From Neovahlkampfia damariscottae (taxonomy: Eukaryota), in the NCBI GenBank assembly GCA_016618085.1, contig JABLTG010000042.1:62001-116748 (forward strand): 54,748 nucleotides of DNA, read 5' to 3'. Positions 44,591 through 54,748 of the stretch are shown one piece after another. The notes below the pieces were generated by a model, which was not told the DNA's origin, did not search any database, and worked only from the letters and a program-made list of their open reading frames with translations. How positions within the stretch are numbered: the stretch's first letter is position 1; the number at the start of each line of letters is the position of its first letter. Position numbers and translations under genes: made by a program.

Positions 44591-47500
44591 TCAATAAATA
44601 TTTTGAATTTTATTTATTGGATAAATTTGTTTCGAAAATTTTAAATTAATTTTTCCATTTTTTGAAAGAATTTGGTTCAGCGAATCAATTAAATCATTAT
44701 TTGAGATATTATTCATAATAAAATTTAAAACTTCTTCATTTGATTGACCAAAATCTTTGAAAAACCAACGGAACAAAATGTCTAAAACGACTGTTCTTTT
44801 TTTTGAATTGATTCTAAGTTCGTTGTTTAAATAATTGCAAGTAATAGAATTCAATTCTTTTTCAAATGAATTCAAAGAATAAAATTTAAATTTAAATTCT
44901 GATTTTGTTCCTGAAATTAAACAAAAATGTATTTTTGGTATTTTCTTTGTTAAAATAAAATCAATTCTTTTATCTTTATTTGAGAAATAAAAATTCTTAT
45001 TTGAGTCAGGTATTGGTGAATTTGATCTTAAAATACCATGTTTTAAATCATTTAAAGAATAAATTAAACCACCAATATTATATTTATAATCATTTAAAAA
45101 TCTTAATCTTTCAAATGAATTGTTAATAGATTGACCAGTAATAATAAAAATATGAAGTAATAATGAATTATAAATGTTAATAAAAATGCATAATCTTTCA
45201 TTTTCATTTAAACTATCAATACTTATCTAAATTTTAATTGGTTAAAAAAATCGACATACTGATTGAAATTCTATTGTAAAATTCAAATACTCTTTAAATT
45301 CCTGAGAGTGTTCAATATTTTCAGAATCTTTTAAAAATTTAAATTCTAATGATTTAATTTTTTTTTCAAATTGTTTTTGAAAATGAATGATTGATGTTAT
45401 TTGATTACCCATATATTTTTTATTTGAATTTAATATTTTAATATCATCATCTAAATTAAATTTATAAATTGAATTATCTAATATCATTGATTCTTTATTA
45501 AATATATGATGTAAATAAGATTCATTGATGAACTGTTCTCCAATTTCATTTATTTCTTTTGAATCTAAATTTGGATAATTATTCATCATCCATTCATTAA
45601 ATGATGACCCTTTGAAACATTTTTCATATTTTTGAAATTTATGAAAATAATTACCAAATCCTTTAATTCCATTTTTTGAGTTTTTCATTTTCATTTGAAT
45701 TAAATTTAATAACTCAGATTCTTCTTTAATATTCAAATAAGAAAATATTGGTCCTGTTATTTCTGTTGATTTTAAAATTGATTTTTGTTCAAATTCAAAT
45801 ATTTCTTTTTCCATTTCAAAATAAAAATCTGTTTCACTAAATATTTCATGAACAATTTCAAAAAAATTTAAAATTAAATTTCCAATTGAATCAAACATTG
45901 TCAGTTCAATTTTATTATTTTTTAATAAAAAATCAACTTTCTTTAATGAATCAATCATATTTGTTGTATCTTCCTCTTTGATTGTTGATTCTGATTTGGA
46001 ATTCATTTCAATAAGTAATAATTGTTTAACAAATATTTCATTATAAACAAAATTATTTGAAATTACATTAATTATTTCATTTAACCTTAAATTATCATCA
46101 TTAATTGTATCATTTGGACTTGATTCATCATCATCTTCTTCTATTTTATTAATATATTCATTGTGACTATTTGAATCAATAAATGAATAATATTCCTTCA
46201 TAAAATCAATTAACAATAAATTTGAATTTTGATCTGATTTTGAATTCAAATATTTTGTAAAGTATTTTCTTCCAATTTCACTTCGTAAAGTTGTTTCAAT
46301 TTCATTTTCATTATAATCTTCCATTAATTCATCAAAATCTGTCATTGAATTCATAATTACAAATTCATTTTCACTTAATAAATCATAATCTGATGTTAAT
46401 GAAGACAATGACATTTTTGGACTTCCATGAGTTGAACTATAACCACCACCTACTCTTGGACTACCATTAGTTCTTGGTGTTGAATTAGTTGAATTCAATT
46501 CTCTTGGGGTTGAATTTAATGATACATTCTTTGGAGTTGAATTATTAAAATTAAGACTATCTTTTCTTTTTTTTTGAAGTAATGCTTCCTCTCTTAAAGG
46601 TAAGAAATCAACAACTTCATTATCTAAATTTCCTAAATTTACATAATAATCAGAAGAAATAAATCTTGAATAAGAATCATTGGATAATTCATGATACACT
46701 TTTTTTCTAATTGGATTAAATAATGATTCAAATGATTCATCCAACATCCAAACATCTTGAATGTATTTTTGATTTTTAATTTTTTCAAATAAATTATTCT
46801 TTAAATTTCCTGAAATATTAATTTCTTTTTTTGAATTATTTTCTAAATATGTGTCAATTAAATAAAACAATTTTTCAATATATTCACGGTCAGTGTGTTT
46901 AACTAAAGTGAATTCATCAATTTCTTTCAAAAACTCCCTTTTGAAAAAAATAAGAATAGAATTGAATACATACCATGGTTCAAGGTTGAATTCGGAACTT
47001 AAAAAGCTTTCAAATGCTACTTTTGTCTTCGAGTCATACTTTATGGCTTCAAATAATGAAGAATTAGCAACTTTCATGTTTTTATATTTTTTTTCTAAAA
47101 TTTCTTGAGGATCCAATTCAGAAAGAGATGAATCTGATGCCGAATCAGGATTTGAATTCTTTCTTCCAGAAAATATCATTAATTTTGATTTATGAAATTC
47201 TTTTTTCGAGCTGAAATTTTTCGTATCTTGTTTTACTTTTTCTCCAACGTTTTTGGCAAAATCAAAAAATTTTGGTTTCGCTATAAGTTGTTCTGATTTT
47301 GATTCTTCTGTTTCTTCTGTTTCTTCAGTTTCAGTTTCTTCTTCTATTTCAACTGCTTCAATTTTTTTTGGTTTGAAAGTCAAGCGAAATCGTTCATAAT
47401 GAACTTTACAGAATAATTCATCATTATGCACATGATAATTTGAAGTATTCAATTTAGTACCACATTTTGAACATTCTAAAGATTAATCGGAAAAGAAATT

Positions 47501-47634
47501 GTCAAACTTAGGCACCAATTATGAAATATCATTTCATTTATTGTTATTTTTTCCATTGTATATACAGTTTTATTACATTTGCAACATTTTTCTTTCACTT
47601 GTTTAAAGATTGAGAATAAGTTGCTTTTTTTCAT
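44591..47634 (-). CDS. LIM + RGS (+ second RGS-like) + DEP + DUF547 multidomain protein (3 introns)
   Basis: N-terminal LIM; FLSSEFNLEPWEF..EINIS..ELSNDSYSRFISS (RGS); CFKGSSFNEWM..YLHHI (DEP); FINIYNSLLLH, YNIGGLIYSLNDLKHGILRSN, PKIHFCL (DUF547). Confidence 0.8.
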
Positions 47635-47998
47635 TTTGTGCAACGTTTGGCACCAAATGTGGTCAAGAGATTTTTTATTTTGGCCAATCACACAGAATTG
47701 TATAAAATGAGCGAAACAATTTTTATTTTCCGACATTCCTTAAATCAGTCCATATAATTACTTCCTTTTCAGTATCCAAAATAAATAATTTTGATATTTT
47801 ATTGACTGATTAATTCAGATGGAAGATTTGTGAAATTTGTATTTCATGAATGATTTCTTTTCACAACCTATCTCATGAGATTTATCCTGAGGATTTGAAT
47901 TCTAATCAAAAAGTTCAAAAAACATCAACCAAACTTAAATAATTTGCTGGTTGGTGGAAAATAAATGACCAATCACCTTTTTTAACAACAAGGAAAAA

Positions 47999-48831
47999 AT
48001 GAAGCAACTGAAAAATCATTTTTTAAAACAGATTTCAAGAAGTTATTCATTGCTAAAGGGATCAAAATATGGTTTAGTCTTACAATACGAAAAATTTCTC
48101 GCAACACCAACCGAAGAAAATGAAATGACAATTGAATTTATGAAGGATTTAAAGTATCCTTTTATAATTTATTTTGAAAATGAATCAATATTATCAAAAT
48201 CAAAATTAATTTCTAAATTTAAAGAACAATATCCGTTGAGTGCAAAAAAAATAATAGATAATGAAATAATTTCTCAAGAAGAGTATTTCTTTTTTTTCAA
48301 ATTTAATATATTCAAAGTGCTATTACTAGTATTATAAATGAATTTGATTCAACTTTAATTTGTGGTGATTCTTTTGACAAAAATGAATCAGCTGAATACT
48401 TAGAAACAACCAAGAAAGAAGAATTTGATTCAGTTATATTCTTAAATCCAAAAGAAGAAAATTTTGAAAAATTGAATGAAATAATGAAAAAGAATCCAAA
48501 AATTCAAATATTTTCATGTAAAAATTTAGAATTATTTGAGAAATATAAACAATTCCTTTCTTCAAAAAATGAAAATTCAAATATTCATGCCAGAGTGATC
48601 AATGAAAATTTATTGATTGAATTATTAATTAAACATAGAATTCAAGAAATGAATACTAAACAACCATTACAAAAAATATATTTTATTTCTGATTCTCAAA
48701 TATTCAAAGATAGACCAGATAACTTTATCAATGTTGTAATCAATCAAAAATCTGGAATTAAAAGTTTAAAGTCATTCATGATGTCTTTAATTTCACTTTC
48801 ACAAGAAGAAAAAAAAATATTATCACAATAA
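47999..48831 (+). CDS. Hypothetical protein with mitochondrial-type presequence (1 intron)
   Basis: MKQLKNHFLKQISRSYS; two ORFs joined by a GT-AG intron. Confidence 0.55.
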
Positions 48832-48852
48832 GAATCTAAATTTTATTTTTTT

Positions 48853-49521
48853 TTAAATTTTTTCAAATGAATGTCCTTTTTCTATAAATCCTGATTCTTT
48901 TCTGTTTTTTAGTATTTTGTTAATTAGAGTTGTGAATGGTGTTTCAACGTCTTTGAATTGTTCTGAACTTGTTTCAAAGTAAGGTGTTTTAAAAAATTTA
49001 TCACTGATGGTTCCCAAACTTTTTGACATTCTAACTTCGTTTGTTACTTTATCTGATTTATTTCCAACTAAAATATAGTGCATGGGAATATCCTTATCAT
49101 GAAAAGTAGTAATATTCTTAATAATCTTGTTCACTTCAGTATAACAATTTGTGAGATCAGATGCATCAACTAATACTAAGTATCCTTCTGATTTTGAAAT
49201 CATTTGTGGATGAAAAGCTTGTTTGCGATAATCATCTGAAGTTATTTCAAATACAGTACATGGAATATTAAGATTTTTAACTGTTCCATCTGTTATTACA
49301 GTTTCTTGTCCTTCTTCATAATTTTTTGTTTCATCATAAAAACAATCTTCGGTTCTATGAAGAAAAAGTTGAGCTTTGATGAACGTTGTCTTTCCAGATG
49401 ATTCTGTGCCTAAAATAGATATGTATATCGGATCATCCATGTAACGTTTTATTTGTTGTTCACTTGGATCCAGTAATTCCAAAAATTCATCATTTTTTAA
49501 ACTTTCTGACGACAAAAACAT
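48853..49521 (-). CDS. Divergent Ras-superfamily small GTPase
   Basis: GTESSGKTT (G1), VGNKSD (G4), YFETSS (G5); G3 degenerate; no CAAX. Confidence 0.8.
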   Translation of the reverse strand: MFLSSESLKNDEFLELLDPSEQQIKRYMDDPIYISILGTESSGKTTFIKAQLFLHRTEDCFYDETKNYEEGQETVITDGTVKNLNIPCTVFEITSDDYRKQAFHPQMISKSEGYLVLVDASDLTNCYTEVNKIIKNITTFHDKDIPMHYILVGNKSDKVTNEVRMSKSLGTISDKFFKTPYFETSSEQFKDVETPFTTLINKILKNRKESGFIEKGHSFEKI

Positions 49522-49695
49522 TTGTTGTGTGATCTGATTGGTTTACGTTTGACAAACTGAAGTACATGTATTGAAGGACAAAATTATTTTTGATTCTACA
49601 TTTCTAAAAACAGAGAATATTTATTTTCGGTTGAAATAAATGTCAATTGACCAATTAACTTTATCAACTGACAAATCAAAAAAAAAAACCACACA

Positions 49696-50259
49696 ATGGT
49701 AGAATTCGGAGAAGGAAATCATTTTTCATTAAACAAAAAAATTGAACGTAAACCACACCCTAAAATGCCTGGATATGGACTTTTTGCTGTAGAACCTATA
49801 AAAACAGGAGAAGTTGTTTGGAGTGATAGTACAGAATATGCTTTAGTAGATTTTGAAACAATGAAAACATGGCCAAAAGAAAAATATGATGAATTTGTTC
49901 ATTTTGCATATCAAGTTTCAGAAACACAACTCTTAGGACCTGTTTATAAAGATGGAAAATTAACACAAGACGATGATGCATCAAATTACATGAATCATTG
50001 TTGTGATGGAAATGCGTGGTATACAGACTTTAACACTATGACTGCAAGAATCGATATTGAAGTTGGTGACGAAGTTACATACGATTATGTTTTAAGTGAA
50101 ATGAACCCTACAAAAGGAATCGATAATTGTTGTTGTGGAGCAAAATGTTGTCGTGGAAAATACACAGAAAATGATTGGAAAAGAAAAAGTCTTCAAGAAA
50201 AATATAAAGATCACTTTGTTCCTTATTTAAATGAAATTATAAAAAAATTAGAACAATAA
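49696..50259 (+). CDS. SET + post-SET domain protein
   Basis: GYGLFA, MNHCCDGN, GDEVTYDY, CCCGAKCCRG. Confidence 0.92.
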   Translation: MVEFGEGNHFSLNKKIERKPHPKMPGYGLFAVEPIKTGEVVWSDSTEYALVDFETMKTWPKEKYDEFVHFAYQVSETQLLGPVYKDGKLTQDDDASNYMNHCCDGNAWYTDFNTMTARIDIEVGDEVTYDYVLSEMNPTKGIDNCCCGAKCCRGKYTENDWKRKSLQEKYKDHFVPYLNEIIKKLEQ

Positions 50260-50361
50260 ATTTGATTATTCAAACTTTAAACGATATACTTTTCATTTTT
50301 GACCGAAAATGCTTTGATTTTGGCTTGATTCAATCGAAAAAAAAATTGACGAATTAGAATA

Positions 50362-50730
50362 ATGGAGATTGAGACTTACGAGGTGAGTCATTCATCAGAA
50401 AAAATCGAAAAATGGGAAATATTAGAACTACAAGGAAGGTTGGAATCTTCAGATACCAAAAATTCACAACAACTTGGTCATTTATTGATGAACGAAAACA
50501 AATGTGAATTAATCATTTCCAATAAATTGTTGGATGGAGAAAAAAAAGAAAAATTGAAAAAACCACTTGTATGTTTAAAAAAAATAGATGGAAAATATGT
50601 TATTCAATCCGTTGTTGAAGAAAAAATAGTTTTTAAAAAGAGACCACAACCATTATCACCAAAAACTTTGGAAGAAAAAGTAGAAAAAATAGAAAAAGAA
50701 GATTTAGAAGCGAAAGAAATTAAATTTTAA
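50362..50730 (+). CDS. CTF8: Chromosome transmission fidelity protein 8
   Basis: WEILELQG, KLKKPLVCL, KIVFKKRPQP. Confidence 0.8.
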   Translation: MEIETYEVSHSSEKIEKWEILELQGRLESSDTKNSQQLGHLLMNENKCELIISNKLLDGEKKEKLKKPLVCLKKIDGKYVIQSVVEEKIVFKKRPQPLSPKTLEEKVEKIEKEDLEAKEIKF

Positions 50731-50797
50731 ATAAAAAAAATTCAACCAATAGCATTGTTTTTTTTTTTTTTTTTTTACAACTTGTGGACAACAAAGA

Positions 50798-51892
50798 ATG
50801 GATGAAAATATAAAACCATCAAAATTCAATTTTAGAGACAAAAATAGAAATATTAGTACTGATGGATTCATTTGCGAAAATATTAAAAACGAAATTGGAC
50901 TTATAAGAACTGACTTTTCCATACAACCATTTGGTTATTTTTATTTTGAAATTGAAATATTAGAATATGAAAATAATAAAAGTAAAGTATCTGTAGGATG
51001 TTGTTTAAAATCAAATATTACTTCATCTTTACCAGGATTTGATAAGAATTCATTTGGATACAAAAGTACAGATGGAAATAAATTATCAGATTCAATGAAT
51101 GGAGAGATATATGGTTCATCCTATGAAGAAGGTGACACAGTCGGTGTATTTTTAAATTTTATAACGAATTCAATTTTCTTTACAAAAAATGGAGTCGCTT
51201 TTCGAGACGCATTTTTTGGAATTTCAAAATTAAATTTATTTCCATCTGTTGGTTTATATAACGCAAAAATAAAAGGAAATTTTGGAAAAGAAAAATTTAA
51301 ATTTGATATTGAACCAATATTAAGTGAATCAAAATTATTTGTTCATAAATCAATTGAAAAAGAAAATATTTCAATTTCTGAAATTAATTATAAAGAAATT
51401 ATTTTAGAATATTTATATAAAAATGGATATTTGAATACATGTGAAGTATTAGGTAAAAAGTATGAAAATGATTTTAGAAAAGGTATTTTAGAATCAATTT
51501 TAAATGGAAATTACAATGAATCTATTAATTTAATTGAAAAATATTATCCTTTTTTATTAGATAAATTATTATTTCCTTTAAAATCTCAAATTTTTATTGA
51601 AATGAAAAAAGATGAAGATTCTTTGTCTTTTGCAAAAAAAGAATTATCAAAATATTTAAACACAAAATATGAAAAAGATTTAATGAAAATATTTTCTTTA
51701 ATTTCTTTAAATCCATTATGTCAAATAAATGAATCAATTGAAATTCAAAGATTAAATTTATCAAATTTAGTAAATAAAACAATATTGGAAAATGAAAAAA
51801 TTGAAGAAAAATCAAAATTATCAAAAATGTTAAAACATTTAAAATTAATTTCATCTTTAAACTTTGATTTAGATATTACTGATGTTGATTAA
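50798..51892 (+). CDS. SPRY-LisH-CTLH protein (RanBP9/10-like)
   Basis: FYFEIEI, LPGFDKNSFGY, GDTVGV, FFTKNG, NFGKEKFKFDI; ILEYLYKNGY (LisH). Confidence 0.88.
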   Translation: MDENIKPSKFNFRDKNRNISTDGFICENIKNEIGLIRTDFSIQPFGYFYFEIEILEYENNKSKVSVGCCLKSNITSSLPGFDKNSFGYKSTDGNKLSDSMNGEIYGSSYEEGDTVGVFLNFITNSIFFTKNGVAFRDAFFGISKLNLFPSVGLYNAKIKGNFGKEKFKFDIEPILSESKLFVHKSIEKENISISEINYKEIILEYLYKNGYLNTCEVLGKKYENDFRKGILESILNGNYNESINLIEKYYPFLLDKLLFPLKSQIFIEMKKDEDSLSFAKKELSKYLNTKYEKDLMKIFSLISLNPLCQINESIEIQRLNLSNLVNKTILENEKIEEKSKLSKMLKHLKLISSLNFDLDITDVD

Positions 51893-51965
51893 AGTTCATT
51901 TATATTTTTTAGTTTTAGAACCTTCTATTGAAACACCAACCAATCAAATCGTCAAATATTTCTCC

Positions 51966-53411
51966 ATGAAGTTTTTCAGTTTGCTCATCCTCGCTTTACT
52001 CTCTGTCGTTTTATGCAAAGAAGCCACCTATTCATTCTTTTCAGTTAATATTGATAAAATTGGTTCACAAAAATTACAAGAGTTAAAATCATTCTTCAAA
52101 ACTGAACCTTCGTTCACCATTGAACTTGATTCAAAACTTTTAATTCACTCAAAACATGTCGACTTTGTTAAAAAAGTTTCAAAATTACCAGCTATTGAAT
52201 ATGAACTCTTAAGATCAAACGTTGTTTCACCAAGAATTTCAATTTTGAATCACGTTCATTATTCAGAATTTTTAACATTGGAAAATGTTGATGTCTTATT
52301 ATCAGGTTCAGGTTATGCTGTTTTAAATTCAAAATCTGAAAAAATGGCGAGTGCACTCTCAAAAAAAGAAAACTTTGTTCCTTTTGAATCAAATATGATT
52401 TTAGGTTTGACAAAGATAGATTGACTAAAAATTTGATAGTTAGACAATCTGAAAACGAAAATTTAGTCTTCTCTGAAAAAGTGAATGACAAAGTTAAAAA
52501 AATGGTTTTTTTTTTTTATTTAACAAAGATGTAGGTTTCAAAAGTTAAAGAAGATAGATGGTTTAAAAAAGTTGAAGAATTATGTAAATTCAATAGATAC
52601 TCATACAATGAACAAATTATTAAAGCTCAAGAATATGTAATTGAGAAACTTAAAAAAATTGGAAAATTCAACGTTACAATTGAAAATTATCTGAGAGGAT
52701 CAACAAAAGTGTGGAATATTCTCGCAGAACTTAAAGGAACTGAAAAACCTGATGATATTTATATTGTTGCTGGACATATTGATTCTACTTCTAATTCTCC
52801 ATCTACAGCGGCTCCTGGAGCTGTTGATGATGCAAGTGGATCTGCTTCAGTATTAGAAATTGCGAAAATCTTTGCTAAATATCCACCAAAACATACAATG
52901 CATTTCATGTAAACAACTTTTTTTTGTTAAATTTAATTTAGGTGGTATTCATTTGAAGAACAAGGACTTATCGGTTCAACCTACTCAGCTGAAGCTTTAG
53001 TAAAAAGAGGTGACAAAGAAAAAGTTAAATTAATGTTACAACATGACATGACTGGATTCAAAGTTGCATCAAATCCTTTGAAAGTGTTAATTGAAACTGA
53101 TAGAAAATATGAAAGTATTGTTAAAGTATTTCAAGAGTCAGCACAAAAATATTGTGATGGTCTTCAAACAGCTGTTAGTTATCGTCCTTTTGGATCAGAT
53201 CATGGTTTGAAACAAATTCTTTTCTAACTTTGTTTAAGTTCCATATATTAGAAGAGGTATGCCAGGCTTTTTGACAATTGATAATGACTATTCACGTTAT
53301 CCACATTACCATAGAACTACAGATTTACCACAATATGTTGTGAAGAAAATGGGATTTGAAATTATAAAAATGAATGTAGCTGTTCTTGCAACATTAATGG
53401 GATACGAATAA
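51966..53411 (+). CDS. Secreted M28-family metallopeptidase (4 introns)
   Basis: Signal peptide; GHIDS, GAVDDASG, FEEQGLIGS, QHDMTG, SDH, YPHYHRTTD. Confidence 0.92.
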
Positions 53412-53533
53412 ATTCTGATTCTATCAAACAAAATTATTTATTCAACATTGAATTTCTTGGGAATTATGTACAATTGTTTGAGAGTTTGTTCTTGGCTGCA
53501 AGTCGTATTTAATTTTTTTTTGGAGCGAATGAT

Positions 53534-53563
53534 TTTCTGAAGCATCAATTTCTGAAGCATCAA
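53534..53563. repeat. Perfect 15-bp tandem duplication
   Basis: tttctgaagcatcaa x2. Confidence 0.9.
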
Positions 53564-54130
53564 AGGGTCAAATGGTTTTAAAAAACGAAGTTTTTTGAAA
53601 CTCACAAAAACAAAAAACGAAGATGAAAATCCTGTTCGACATACCATTGTTATGGGAACCACAAAATAAAATCTCTAAAAATTTTACATGGTAAAATTAA
53701 ATCATTGGGTAATTAATTCTCCTAACCAATAAGCTGCGTTTGTCTTACTTCTAAACGCCGCTGTTTGGAAAGAAACGAAGAAAGTAATACCTACTATAAA
53801 GTGCCAAGATGAAGAATGTTAAAAAACCTAGGAGGCAAACCGTATATATATGGAAAAATCGTTTTTAGTTTAACCAATGAAAAGTGCACCAAATTCGGTT
53901 TTTTGTTCGTGGCATGAAAGGAATTTAGCTCAGCTCAATTTAAAAACAGCAACCACCAATGGTCATTCAGAAGTTCAAAAAAAGTTTTATCTTTGGAGAA
54001 TGTTGGCAGTTACAGGAGAATTTTTTTGTTTTCAGTGCACAGCTTTTTAAAAAAACATTTTCAAATCAAAGAGTTTTAAGAACTTTAAACATAGAAAAAT
54101 GGAAATTTTATTTGCCTACAAAAAAAAGAA

Positions 54131-54331
54131 ATCCCGGAACAACCAAATTTCGTAGACTGTGGAATGTTCCTGATGCACTTTGCAAATTGCATTAGTGTCA
54201 ATGCTGAATTCGAATTCTCACGGTGATATACCGCTATCTTAAAACTGACTTTTCCGTTCATTCTGATTAATCAGACCAGACATTAAAATCAAGGTTTCTT
54301 TCGGGATAGGACCGTCGCCAGCAGTACTGGC
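54131..54331 (-). ncRNA. Candidate Fanzor omegaRNA scaffold / element right end
   Basis: GC-enriched, hairpin-dense segment overlapping the ORF 3' end; long-range complementarity between 54293-54307 and 54131-54144. Confidence 0.5.
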
Positions 54332-54748
54332 AGTTTTTGGATTTCCAATAAAATTTTGTATATTCATCAGAAATATATTTCTTGCTCCATTATAATCTCT
54401 TGGAAGAGAAAAATTACAATATTTACAATTGAAATAATCTTTTTTTCCAAGTTTCCAATCTATTTTTCCATATGATCCACATGTACAACTGGTATAATGT
54501 TCTGAAACTTCATGTACTTGAACAGAATCTTTTTGAGCAAGATATTTTAGTGTTTGACGAAATTGAAAATGAGACCAATGAAGCATTTTTCTCACTGTTG
54601 TACTATGAATTTTTCTTTCCTATTTTTTAATCATTCCTTTGACTGGAAATTTTGAAATCAAAATTTCATCATTATTTTCACAAAGATCTTTGGAAACACT
54701 TTTATGAAATGCTTCTTTCAATCCTTGAATTCGGTTTTGATATTTTTG
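54239..54748 (-). mobile_element. Fanzor2/TnpB-like RNA-guided nuclease, C-terminal part, probably inactivated (runs off window edge)
   Basis: ILISKF (non-Glu RuvC-II), SHFQFRQTL, VSEHYTSCTC, CKYC, RDYNGARNI; in-frame TAG at 54620-54622; first CxxC reads CGSY. Confidence 0.88.

Noticed and set aside
47846..47890. Possible C/D snoRNA (atga..., aacctatctcatga resembling antisense to LSU rRNA, ctga)
   Set aside because: No proper RUGAUGA box C, too short, and the guide has a mismatch; cannot be supported without an Rfam/snoscan search
53918..53945. tRNA-like start (gaatttagctcag)
   Set aside because: No D-arm GG, anticodon arm or T-arm GTTC at the expected spacing
53959..54195. 78-aa plus-strand ORF (and 53438-53662 minus) as a transposase
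   Set aside because: No DDE, HUH or serine-recombinase motifs recognisable
33474..54622. Alternative genetic code (in-frame TGA and TAG)
   Set aside because: The TGA is explained by Sec plus a SECIS, and the TAG lies in a decayed mobile gene. All other apparent internal stops fall within short GT-AG introns.

Overview
Extremely AT-rich, gene-dense eukaryotic (protist) nuclear DNA in the standard genetic code. It holds about 43 protein-coding genes packed almost end to end, interrupted by about 80 tiny (25-44 nt) GT-AG introns that I modelled by hand. A heterolobosean/Discoba-type amoeba is my inference from intron style, a Sec-thioredoxin reductase and a Fanzor2; it is not proven. Most genes are housekeeping or signalling genes: two Rac GTPases, an Arf, a PAK-like pseudokinase, PRP4K, Tim22, UEV/Mms2, MDH, COX17, glutaminase, TRM1, an IGHMBP2-like helicase, a GLUT-type transporter, an RluA synthase, CTF8, RanBP9/10 and an M28 peptidase. 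Highlights: (1) two double-length introns that read best as nested spliceosomal twin introns ([D1,2] stwintrons), in the Arf gene and in a membrane-protein gene, both starting GGTAAGAGA; (2) a selenocysteine TrxR (Gly-Cys-TGA-Gly-stop) with a form-2 SECIS and a perfect 14-bp hairpin 5 nt after the UGA; (3) a decayed Fanzor2/TnpB-type RNA-guided nuclease at the right edge with a structured candidate omegaRNA; (4) a secreted 659-aa protein with a ~120-aa cationic amphipathic repeat resembling antimicrobial peptides; (5) 5-, 17- and 22-nt microexons, a WAG-type acceptor bias, and a CCAAT motif next to nearly every start codon; (6) several bacterial-type enzymes (PhnN, GH32, SLOG, a frameshifted methyltransferase). 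All gene models and family calls come from reading motifs by eye; no searches were run.
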